Shown here piece after piece: positions 36,940-46,001 of a stretch of DNA of 64,000 nucleotides (its first letter is position 1; each line of letters starts with the position of its first letter). The notes below the pieces were generated by a model. That model saw only the letters and a program-made list of their open reading frames with translations, made no database searches and was not told the origin of the DNA. This DNA is from a virus: positions 1 to 64,000 of the IMG/VR virus record IMGVR_UViG_3300009605_000020; one strand, 5' to 3'. A program made the position numbers and the translations under genes.

Positions 36940-37875
36940 TTAAGCTAAAATCGAATGTTGAAGCAAATTATCAAAATTCATTCGAACAGCTTTCTTTTTT
37001 CTTTCTTCGAATTCTGGGCGTGGCATTTCTCCAACATCTTTATAAGGATATATGTTCACCTTATACAATTCGATATCATATGTCAAGAGATTTTTAATAA
37101 TTTGTAATGACTTCTTTTCAGCATCCGGATCTAACGCTATATAAACAGAAGCATCGTTTTTTACTATTTTTTGGAAAAGACGAGAATCCATTCGCAGAGT
37201 AGAACCCAGCAAAGGAATAGAGTTGCTGCCTGCCACAATTGCATCGAATACTCCCTCCACTAAAGTTATATCTGACGTCCAATCAATAAAAAGATCATTA
37301 AACACCACATCTCTATCGACAGGTGGATTTTTATATTTTGGATAGCCTTCATTATATGTGCGCGATATAAAATAGTTAACATTTCCGTCTTCATTAAATG
37401 AGGGAACAATAATACGATTTTCATATTCTCCCGAAGAACAATATCCGATCTTCCACCAAATTATATCTTTCTTGGTTATGTCCCTCTCTTTTAAATACTT
37501 CCTCGCCATAAAACCCGTAGGCGGCAACTTCTTATTTGCTAAAGAAATATATTCTTCCGGCAACGAGGTGGTTTGTTCTTCCTCTACTTTTTCTCCGAAC
37601 AATTCTTCAAAGGCTGAGTAATCTATATCTTCTTCAAATTGTAGCCAAGCTTGGCGGTGTTTATAGCTACCAAACCTTCTTACAAGGTGATAGATATTTG
37701 GACCGCGCGAGTCGCAAACCCAACACTTAAAAACATTCTTTTTTATATTGATTGAGAGCTTAGGTTTATGATGATCGCAATACGGACAATGAAAAATTCT
37801 CTCCTCATTAGATCTACGACCTTGGCCGAGAATTTCGTTTAAGATTCTAAGTTTCTCTGCTTCCATAAACCACAA
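36940..37875 (-). CDS. DnaG-type DNA primase-like protein (Zn finger plus TOPRIM)
   Basis: CPYC..H..K...CWVC zinc finger, YLKERDI, RIIVP, KYKNP, LVEGVFDAI, ALDPDA, KDVGEM. The true start may be the second Met (37866). Confidence 0.85.
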   Translation of the reverse strand: MWFMEAEKLRILNEILGQGRRSNEERIFHCPYCDHHKPKLSINIKKNVFKCWVCDSRGPNIYHLVRRFGSYKHRQAWLQFEEDIDYSAFEELFGEKVEEEQTTSLPEEYISLANKKLPPTGFMARKYLKERDITKKDIIWWKIGYCSSGEYENRIIVPSFNEDGNVNYFISRTYNEGYPKYKNPPVDRDVVFNDLFIDWTSDITLVEGVFDAIVAGSNSIPLLGSTLRMDSRLFQKIVKNDASVYIALDPDAEKKSLQIIKNLLTYDIELYKVNIYPYKDVGEMPRPEFEERKKKAVRMNFDNLLQHSILA

Positions 37876-38372
37876 CCAGCCATGGCAACCACCAGGCTAT
37901 CGGCTCTATCGCTATAGCCCGCCTTTGGATTTCCATACTTAGTATATTCTACATCAAACTCGGGTACTTTGTCAAGCACAAACTTCAAAACTTCTTCTTT
38001 TGCTTTGGCGCCCCGGGGTATTCTTATCCCATTTAGTTTGCGAGCTTCGTTAGCGCCCACATATTCAGGCTCGATACCAAATATGTTATAAACAATCAAT
38101 GAAGCCATTCCATTAAAGCGTTGAAGTGTGGCCATTGTTTTTGCGCTTGAGCGGCCGCTTTTGAAAAATGTAAATGGTTGCTCAATCCAAATCTCTTGAA
38201 CCACTAGTGGCGGATGTTTTCTGGCAATAAGAAACTTCTTAAGAGTTTCTGCTTTTTCAAATAAACCTTTTTTCTTTCTTAAATCACAGTGATCACATAA
38301 AATAATATCACCATTTTTATTTATGCATGTGACGCCCACAATGCTGGTACTAATGTCAAGCCCCAAAAACAT
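37839..38372 (-). CDS. RuvC-like Holliday junction resolvase
   Basis: LGLDISTSIVG (catalytic D), IWIEQP (E), C-terminal DRADS (DxxD). Confidence 0.82.
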   Translation of the reverse strand: MFLGLDISTSIVGVTCINKNGDIILCDHCDLRKKKGLFEKAETLKKFLIARKHPPLVVQEIWIEQPFTFFKSGRSSAKTMATLQRFNGMASLIVYNIFGIEPEYVGANEARKLNGIRIPRGAKAKEEVLKFVLDKVPEFDVEYTKYGNPKAGYSDRADSLVVAMAGCGLWKQRNLES

Positions 38373-39607
38373 TAAATATCCAATTTAAACTTAAAGGTAA
38401 ACTCTCGATTGGGGGTTTTTTTCACTGGGTTCGCCACTTTCGCTATAGCTATCAAATTTTTATTTTCGTCATATATGCCAACTTTCGATATATATGTCGT
38501 CTTTTCGAAACTTGCTGTAGGATCATTATACGATGAACTTACAATATTTTTAATGCTTCTGTCGGGATTTTCCAGAAAGATTTGGTTATCGCTAGGATTG
38601 CTACTGGATACCGGAAATGATAAAAATGTAGGATTGTTGGAGTGATTTAGTTCGCTCTTGGGCGCTGTGGCCAACATAGTGATTGTCTGTATTTTGGTGG
38701 TACCAGACATCTTCATGGTAAACATTGAATTGGGTGCTATAACCGAACCTGAAATAGACTGCGCGAAATAGACCCAACGAGGAAAATCCCCAAACCCTGT
38801 TACGTATTCATCCGTTACGGAGGATAAAGCCCAGCTCCCCGTTAAAACTAGAAATCCTTCATTGTATAAAACGACGCCGGCGACACCACCAACGTTGGGT
38901 CCATAAGTTTCTATCAACTCTCCATTTTTCTTGGTATCTTGCAGCCTTCCGGCAAGCGTCCCCGTAATATAAAATCCTAAATCCACTGTTCCTTTCTTTA
39001 TTTCTGAACCGTAAAAGATTGAAGGCACAGAAACAAGACCGGTCGCGACCGTATCTAAGTCGCGCGCTGAGTTTGAATAGGCATATTCTGAAGTAAGATA
39101 AGTATAATAGTTAAGGGTGTTCTTCAAAGTAAAGAGGTGGGTGGTGCTTCCCGCAACAAAAGGATTGGCCGCTGTAGCCATAGCCTGTGTGGAAGGAGTT
39201 TGACGGGGTGCTCCTGCGGCATAATATTCTTTCGAAACGGAGGCCGACATGGGATAATAGAATTCTATAATGGCGCCGTAAGCCATATCATCAAACGTTT
39301 TTGTTGATACCGATTTAAAAGCGGTCCTTGTACCATCTTTGACAACCCAGGGATAGATGAGCCCCGTATTTTCTACCAGCCCTATGCGAGGAGGAGAGCC
39401 CACCGGTGGACTAAGTCTGTCGATATTATATTCGTATAAGCTAATATTGCCGGGGGGAACGTCCCTAATTGGATTTGTGTTAGCGCCGGATATTACAGCT
39501 TCATTGTTGTAGTAAGCACTTCCACTAAATATTACAAATTCTACTTGAGGATAAGTTCTGATCGTATTGACGAAGATATCATTTTCTTCAAACTTATAAA
39601 ACGGCAT
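38372..39607 (-). CDS. Baseplate/tail structural protein
   Basis: C-terminal NHSNNPTF...YISKVGIYDENKNLIAIAKVANPVKK...FKLDI. Paralog of 39616-40647. Confidence 0.65.
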   Translation of the reverse strand: MPFYKFEENDIFVNTIRTYPQVEFVIFSGSAYYNNEAVISGANTNPIRDVPPGNISLYEYNIDRLSPPVGSPPRIGLVENTGLIYPWVVKDGTRTAFKSVSTKTFDDMAYGAIIEFYYPMSASVSKEYYAAGAPRQTPSTQAMATAANPFVAGSTTHLFTLKNTLNYYTYLTSEYAYSNSARDLDTVATGLVSVPSIFYGSEIKKGTVDLGFYITGTLAGRLQDTKKNGELIETYGPNVGGVAGVVLYNEGFLVLTGSWALSSVTDEYVTGFGDFPRWVYFAQSISGSVIAPNSMFTMKMSGTTKIQTITMLATAPKSELNHSNNPTFLSFPVSSSNPSDNQIFLENPDRSIKNIVSSSYNDPTASFEKTTYISKVGIYDENKNLIAIAKVANPVKKTPNREFTFKFKLDI

Positions 39608-39615
39608 CGCATTCC

Positions 39616-40647
39616 TTAATAATCCAATCTCACCCTTAGCGTGAATTCATTACTAGAATCCTTTTTCAAAGGTTCGGAGAGCTTCGCCACAGCTAGTAGC
39701 TCATTAGAAGGAGAATACAGGCCGACCGTCGTTGCATATGCAACAGGGTCATTGTCTGCTATTTCTTTGACAACGATCTTACTGGCACTTATGTATGTGG
39801 GATTCGAACTATAATTAAACTCATTATGGTTCGCCCTACAGAAATAAATTGTTGAATTTAATTCGGTAGTGTTGTTAAATTGAATGTTATTCAGCCGATT
39901 TCGCATTCCATCGCATGCGCCAGAAATAGACCCCGAAACCAAATAATCATTGATAGTGCTTTGAGAATAAGCCGGTGTTCCAAAATAGCCGGCCGTGTTC
40001 CCACCAAAAACAGATGCCGTTATAACTGCAATACCGGCCTGGTAATATAACAAACCTACCGGGGTACCACTTCCATCGGAAGCCGTGTGTAGCAGTGTAT
40101 ATTCCCCAGCTGGAGAATTAACCAAATAAGCATTCTTGTTTGCATCGTAAATAGTTAAGGGATTCGCGGGCGCGCTAACCACGCCACCCGTCAATAACGT
40201 CATTCCAAAAGATCCCTTTTTGATTTCATCTTTCGTTAGAAGTCTAGCAAAACTAAAGAATAGAGCTTCGCTTATTTTAGCACCGCCGGTAAGATCTCCA
40301 TCTTGGTCGAACTCCCTAATCGATCCGGTTATATCGTAACCAACCAAAATTTGGGCTAGCTCATTATACATATTAATTTTTTTAGCTTCTTGTACGATTC
40401 CCGCAGATCCTGAAAGAGACGAGTTGGCACTAAAACCGGCCGTCAAATCAAAGATATGATTAGCCGAAGAGCTTAAATAGGGATAGTCATAAACTGACTG
40501 AAACATTCCATGAACATAATTTTTGATATTTAAATTGGGTTCGTAGGTGCCCGACACAATGGTGCCAGTAATTGGAATCGCCTCATGAAGCATCGAACGC
40601 GTTGAAGCGACATCGCTATTGGTTAATGTTTTAAATGTACTTGCCAT
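39616..40647 (-). CDS. Baseplate/tail structural protein
   Basis: IKKGSF, VGLLYYQAGIAVI and FNYSSNPTY...TTVGLY...LLAVAKLSEPLKK...LRVRLDY. Paralog of 38372-39607. Confidence 0.65.
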   Translation of the reverse strand: MASTFKTLTNSDVASTRSMLHEAIPITGTIVSGTYEPNLNIKNYVHGMFQSVYDYPYLSSSANHIFDLTAGFSANSSLSGSAGIVQEAKKINMYNELAQILVGYDITGSIREFDQDGDLTGGAKISEALFFSFARLLTKDEIKKGSFGMTLLTGGVVSAPANPLTIYDANKNAYLVNSPAGEYTLLHTASDGSGTPVGLLYYQAGIAVITASVFGGNTAGYFGTPAYSQSTINDYLVSGSISGACDGMRNRLNNIQFNNTTELNSTIYFCRANHNEFNYSSNPTYISASKIVVKEIADNDPVAYATTVGLYSPSNELLAVAKLSEPLKKDSSNEFTLRVRLDY

Positions 40648-40656
40648 TTTTATACC

Positions 40657-41631
40657 CTATCCTGTATACCTGACATACCGTATCGGTATATCTATTTTGT
40701 ATCCCGTTGACACCCCTGTGATGCGTACGGGAGAATCTATAAACTTATACTTACCCGCCGCGATGTCCGATCCATCAGAGTTAATAAGATCTGTGGTGCC
40801 TACATGACCCAGCTGATCAAACAAGAAATCACTGGATCTCAATTCTACACTAGATCCAACACGGAAGGCTAGTCGCGTTCCTCGCGGTCCTAAAATAGAT
40901 GAATCAGCTGTAGAGCCTCCGGTGATATATATTACAAAAGCGCCGGCGCCACTTGCTGTTGAGGTGGCTACGTAATAACTAGCTATTTGGTCATCATCTA
41001 TAAAAGAGTAGGCAGCGGGAGCAATTCCAGTTGTGCTGGGCGCTGGCGGCGTGCCTCCGGGGGGGGAATACAACGATCCAAGTCTATTATCCAATTCGAT
41101 AATATAAGCTGTTTCTACCAGATCTGCATTGAGAGCCACATTGGGGCTTATTTCGACGGTATCTAGACCTTGGTCAGCAGCTATATTATTGGGGGTACCT
41201 CCTACCGTTGAGGCATTTAAAATGCCGGGGGAAAGAAAGCCGGAACCCATGCTGGTTAATTGGTCAACTGTAGTCTGGTTAACTGCAGCATAGAAAACGC
41301 CGTCAGAGTGTATTTTTGTATTTCCCTGGTCCCATAATTTAATTACCGGTAAATATAATAGATCGTTTCTATTAATGGACATTAGCTTAGATTTTAAATT
41401 GGATGTATTATTTGTAAAGGCTTCTAGAATTGGGGTCTGCAATATCTGCAAATCGTAGTATGCCGAGCCGTTCGGATTATCGATATCGTATAATCCATAA
41501 TTAATTTCATCGTCTCCTAAAGCAAACTTTGCTATTCGGAAGCTTCCGTCGCCACGCGCGAGCCTCATCCTGCCGGTATCTGTGAGTACCGCATCTAATA
41601 TAATGTCACCTGAATTGTCTAAGAATGCCAT
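40657..41631 (-). CDS. Baseplate/tail-collar-like structural protein
   Basis: N-terminal IILDAVLTDTGRMRLARG...IAKFALGDDEINY, reminiscent of fibre/baseplate attachment N-termini. Confidence 0.6.
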   Translation of the reverse strand: MAFLDNSGDIILDAVLTDTGRMRLARGDGSFRIAKFALGDDEINYGLYDIDNPNGSAYYDLQILQTPILEAFTNNTSNLKSKLMSINRNDLLYLPVIKLWDQGNTKIHSDGVFYAAVNQTTVDQLTSMGSGFLSPGILNASTVGGTPNNIAADQGLDTVEISPNVALNADLVETAYIIELDNRLGSLYSPPGGTPPAPSTTGIAPAAYSFIDDDQIASYYVATSTASGAGAFVIYITGGSTADSSILGPRGTRLAFRVGSSVELRSSDFLFDQLGHVGTTDLINSDGSDIAAGKYKFIDSPVRITGVSTGYKIDIPIRYVRYTG

Positions 41632-41648
41632 AAAATAACCTCTCTCTA

Positions 41649-41656
41649 TAAATAGT
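41649..41656 (-). promoter_or_regulatory. ACTAWWTA motif (ACTATTTA)
   Basis: 17 nt upstream of ATG 41631; reads TATAAATA on the + strand (41647-41654). Confidence 0.6.
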
Positions 41657-41676
41657 TAATAAATCAATAACTTGCC

Positions 41677-43131
41677 TTATGGATTGAATACTCCCGTATT
41701 TTTAAATACTAAATTAAGATCTAGCTTTTTACCCGTCTTTTTACTTGTAAGGCGAATCTTAAAGTTTTTATTCCATATGGAGTCTACCGCACTTCCTAAA
41801 ATATCCGAAGGAGGGGGAGAATTGGGATCATACTGAATCGCTGTTGAGTTTCGATCATAAGAAGTTTGAGCAAAAGACGGAGCGATATACAAATATTTTC
41901 GACCCTTTTTGGTAAAATGTTCTTTTTTGGGAGATGGAAAAACATAAGGCACTAATGTTAAATAGACCTGACCAGAATTATCTACCATCTCAACTTGAAA
42001 AACACTAGTGGGGTTTGAAACATGAAGATGATTATCTAACGACCGGAAACAATAATAATATTTTTTATTTGGTACGATGGTATCTAGGTAACTCGTACTA
42101 CTAGCAAATCTGTTACCGCTAATATGTTCCACAACATCGGCTATTTTTTTACCCGCAAAGTCGCCATATGAAGAGGGAGGAACTGTGGTCCTAAATATTT
42201 CGTATCTATAAGCCAAATCGTCGCTGCGGAATTCCAATTTCGTTTTTAGCGCTACCTTCGTTAACTCAGACTCAGACATATCCGATGACTTATTAGTTAA
42301 AATCTGTGCCAAATACTGTTTTTTAATGCCCTCTATATCTTGATCTTCAATTGGTTGTGGAAGCTGCTCTAATCTGCCCGAATTGGCATTTAATAAAATC
42401 AATATTTTATTATTGATATTTTTATAAGGAATTAGATTAACATCCGGAGGAAGAGGGGGCTTATCTAAAACGATAGTTTGAGTAGTAAAAAATGGCAATT
42501 CAACAACTTCTGGAAGCGCTCCAACTTCTATATCTAGTGAACCCTCCGCCTGAGTAAACTCTGACGGCTGGGCTCCATGTGGTCCGCTTTTAAACCTTAA
42601 GCTAAACTTGCCAGCGTCTGTCGTGTTCTCGATCGTATACTTAACAGTTATTTCTCTAGCTCTTCGTTCTACTGTGTTGCTGCGGTTCGAGTACACTGAG
42701 AATGCATCAACCATTGATTGCCGAAGTGACTCCGGGTGTGTTAGGAGAGCTGTAATTTCATATTGTCTATTGCCAATATGCCTCTCAGCGTGCCAGTCAA
42801 ATCTACATTGTATCCGATCAACAAAGTCCTGCACCGAAAGAACTTCATTCTCCACGAAATCAAGGGGGATACTGATTCGATTAACGGCCGCCGCGAGTGT
42901 TCCTTCGGCGGCCGTGCCAATCTGACCAATGTTTGTCGACAGGCCGACGGCGGTACCGTCGCTGGACGGATTCTCGGAAACGACCGCCTCAAGAGAACTA
43001 TATTCGTTTATATCAAGCCACCAATTAAGACTTACCCCGGATGGCGCCATATCGTGACACTCTCCTGTAGATGCGAGATGACGATCGATGGAGGCGGCCA
43101 GATCGATGTCCGAGATGACGTTGGCAGGCAT
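41677..43131 (-). CDS. Hypothetical structural protein with FN3-like C-terminal domain
   Basis: PPLPPDV...YEIFR...YLDTIVPNKKYYYCFRS...SNPT pattern. Confidence 0.55.
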   Translation of the reverse strand: MPANVISDIDLAASIDRHLASTGECHDMAPSGVSLNWWLDINEYSSLEAVVSENPSSDGTAVGLSTNIGQIGTAAEGTLAAAVNRISIPLDFVENEVLSVQDFVDRIQCRFDWHAERHIGNRQYEITALLTHPESLRQSMVDAFSVYSNRSNTVERRAREITVKYTIENTTDAGKFSLRFKSGPHGAQPSEFTQAEGSLDIEVGALPEVVELPFFTTQTIVLDKPPLPPDVNLIPYKNINNKILILLNANSGRLEQLPQPIEDQDIEGIKKQYLAQILTNKSSDMSESELTKVALKTKLEFRSDDLAYRYEIFRTTVPPSSYGDFAGKKIADVVEHISGNRFASSTSYLDTIVPNKKYYYCFRSLDNHLHVSNPTSVFQVEMVDNSGQVYLTLVPYVFPSPKKEHFTKKGRKYLYIAPSFAQTSYDRNSTAIQYDPNSPPPSDILGSAVDSIWNKNFKIRLTSKKTGKKLDLNLVFKNTGVFNP

Positions 43132-43146
43132 ATTACTTTTTCTCCA

Positions 43147-45999
43147 TTATAAGGGGCTGCGCCCTATGGTCAATGTCGTTACTAAACTATCTTCGCCCTC
43201 TTCTCCTGCCTCGTCTAATACCGTATGCATGATTGTCTCCGCGAGGCCGGGCGCGGGCGAGGCCGGGCGACCTGGGAGAACTTTCTCTCTAATTCTCCAC
43301 GTGGCAAGCGGGCCGGCGGGACAATCGTATATGGCTCTATAGTGCGCGAGGTCGAAGTCGGTATTTCCAGCGCCGGAGGCTTGCCACATCTCAAAATGCC
43401 TATCTGTGCAAGGAGAAATAGGAGCTGATGGAAGGCCCGGAGTGCCCCCCGGGATCCCGCCTACGAATGGTGATGGTTGAGTTACCGCTCCTCCCTCTGC
43501 ATTATTCATTATACCATGACCCGGAAGTAATTTAATTTTAACTACATCGGTTCTCTGATTATCGATAACATCTTCTACATCGTCAATTGTCATGGCACCA
43601 GCATTTGCAGACGCAAATCCAAGCAATGTAGAATTGTGCACAAAATAGCCACTAACCTTATTTTTGATCGCAGTATCATTTCGTTCCCAAGTATACGTAT
43701 CAAATGCTTTTTCGTCCCATTCATCTGGAGAGGTTAAACTCAAGGAAGTTTCTTTGTACATTCCTAATGCGTTTCCTACCGCTTTACCATTTCCAGTAAG
43801 AGCATTGCCTATATTGATATTATTATAGAAATACTGCGATCCTTGAACTAGTCTAATCTGTTTAACATCGTATTGATACAGAGTGTTATACTTTACCTGA
43901 GAATCTATGTATTTAAGTGTTCCAGCTGGAAACGGATTTTCTGAGCCGGGAACTGCAAGATAAAAAATCTGCACCGGATCTATATCATATCCGCCTGATT
44001 CATTTATCGGAATTGACGTGCCAGAAGGAACAACTCGTTTTTCTATTTTATACAGTAGCGTTTCTGAATACGCATCCCTAAGTTTAAGAAGCTCTTCAAA
44101 GTCTCTCATGAAACTTTGGATATTTTCATCATACGTGGCCTTCCAATTCTGCAGTCTTACCAACGCGAGGATTGGATAAAACGGAGAATCGCCTGAAGGC
44201 ATCGGAAGACCAGCAACAACTTGGGCAGGCTCGATAACTACACCATTCTGGATGCGAGCAGGGAATCGTTGTGTAAGGTTTTTAGGATCTATTAAATTTA
44301 GGCCTGCCGCGGTAGTCGGATTAGCAAGGAAACTAGTGGTGGTGGTACCCGGTACGGCGGCGCCCACAATAAAAGCATTGTCCGGATTTTGATAGTGATT
44401 TATCATTCCAATCTGTGAGTTTTGAAGTGCGGTGCGTAACTGGTCCAGAAGGCTTTCTAAATTCATAAACCATTTAATGGTGCCGTTTGGCAAAGTAAGA
44501 CGTTTCGTTTCCAAAGAATTGGTTAATGACTGGTCTATAATTTCGCCGGGAAGGGCCGAGGGAGATTGCGTAGCTACCTGTTGTCTTTCAAAAGTCTGGA
44601 TAGTATGCCGTTCGGAGGGAGCAAGACCGGTATCTCGACTAATAATAATATTCATCACTAAGTCATATAGACCAGAATCTTTTAACATTTTAACAAACGT
44701 TGTATTTTGATCAGTTCGCGGAAGGGCCGGCATCCACATGGCAGTTTGTCGACCCTCCTCATCTACCGGACCCATTGTAATCTGTCCCGGCTCGGAGGGT
44801 CCAGGCATTGTACGAGTTATATCGTTGTCAGAACGATGATCAATTCGAATTTCAACAAACATGGGGACATCACGAATTGTAGCATCATAGTCATCTAGTA
44901 TAGATAAATTACTAGAATTAACCTCTACATGGGAATATAATTGGATCGATTTATCCATCATGAAATCATAGCTGACGATGCCTTGAGGATTCTTAAGCCT
45001 TTGAGCCTCTTCGGTCCAAAGTTGATAATAAGATTTTTTGGTTGCTTGAGATACTATATTATCCCAAGGTATAAAATCATTTAAAGTAATCTGGCTTCGA
45101 TAAGCGCCTCGGGGAGCATCAAGGCCGCCGTTGACCAATAAATTATTAAAGGCGTTATGTACTAAATAAAAGTTGGGAAGGGCCGCCTCTGGCATGTCTT
45201 CTATAATACTTTCATATTTGGCATTGTTATTGAGATAAAAATTATACGCTGGAGTAAGAGAAATCAATTCTGAACTAATGTCAGAGGCGCTTTGAGATGG
45301 CAATTTTATTGTTGTGGATCTGTTGTAATACTTTGCTCCAGGGATGAAGGACCCACCCTCTAATAGCCCGGGCGGAGGCGATGCGGACGAGTACGTGACG
45401 CTGCTGGCACCCCGACCTGAGCGGGCCCTTGTTAGAAGAGCGGCAGCCTCCGGAGATCGAGAGTGGTGCTGTGCCTCCATTAGTCTGTCTCCTTTTTTAA
45501 ACCCAGTTACCATATATTTCTCAAAATAAGGTACGCCCGAAAGAGTTCTGTCCAAGAGAGAGCCGACGGCGAGCGGACCATTAAAACCAGCTAAATACTC
45601 ATTCCAGATTAATCGATTATAGCTGACAAGGTACTTGCTCGCTATTCCCTTGTTAAAATAAACCGCGTGGATAGCCCAGCGAGGAACAAGGTTAATAACA
45701 TTTCCTATATCGCCTCCGGATATATTAAAGGTCAGGCCGGCGGCTGCAGCACCGGCCGGCATTCTTAGAGTTCTACTACGAACTCCGCCCTGGACCACGG
45801 GAGATCTTTCTAAGTGCGCACCTAAAAGATAATAATTACCCATAGATCCTATTAATTTATCATCCGTTCCCCAGTCACTTTTTATGAAAGGGTGTTTAAA
45901 CCCTGTTGTTATAATATCGGACCAACTTAAGCCCACCAAGCCGGGCTCCGCTATCATCAAAGTATCGGGAAGAATAGATAAACTAAAGAACTGACTCAT
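43147..45999 (-). CDS. Large hypothetical structural protein
   Basis: 950 aa in the baseplate cluster, with an FN3-like segment YKIEK...YIDSQVKYNTLYQYDV. Confidence 0.6.
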   Translation of the reverse strand: MSQFFSLSILPDTLMIAEPGLVGLSWSDIITTGFKHPFIKSDWGTDDKLIGSMGNYYLLGAHLERSPVVQGGVRSRTLRMPAGAAAAGLTFNISGGDIGNVINLVPRWAIHAVYFNKGIASKYLVSYNRLIWNEYLAGFNGPLAVGSLLDRTLSGVPYFEKYMVTGFKKGDRLMEAQHHSRSPEAAALLTRARSGRGASSVTYSSASPPPGLLEGGSFIPGAKYYNRSTTIKLPSQSASDISSELISLTPAYNFYLNNNAKYESIIEDMPEAALPNFYLVHNAFNNLLVNGGLDAPRGAYRSQITLNDFIPWDNIVSQATKKSYYQLWTEEAQRLKNPQGIVSYDFMMDKSIQLYSHVEVNSSNLSILDDYDATIRDVPMFVEIRIDHRSDNDITRTMPGPSEPGQITMGPVDEEGRQTAMWMPALPRTDQNTTFVKMLKDSGLYDLVMNIIISRDTGLAPSERHTIQTFERQQVATQSPSALPGEIIDQSLTNSLETKRLTLPNGTIKWFMNLESLLDQLRTALQNSQIGMINHYQNPDNAFIVGAAVPGTTTTSFLANPTTAAGLNLIDPKNLTQRFPARIQNGVVIEPAQVVAGLPMPSGDSPFYPILALVRLQNWKATYDENIQSFMRDFEELLKLRDAYSETLLYKIEKRVVPSGTSIPINESGGYDIDPVQIFYLAVPGSENPFPAGTLKYIDSQVKYNTLYQYDVKQIRLVQGSQYFYNNINIGNALTGNGKAVGNALGMYKETSLSLTSPDEWDEKAFDTYTWERNDTAIKNKVSGYFVHNSTLLGFASANAGAMTIDDVEDVIDNQRTDVVKIKLLPGHGIMNNAEGGAVTQPSPFVGGIPGGTPGLPSAPISPCTDRHFEMWQASGAGNTDFDLAHYRAIYDCPAGPLATWRIREKVLPGRPASPAPGLAETIMHTVLDEAGEEGEDSLVTTLTIGRSPL

Positions 46000-46001
46000 G
46001 T

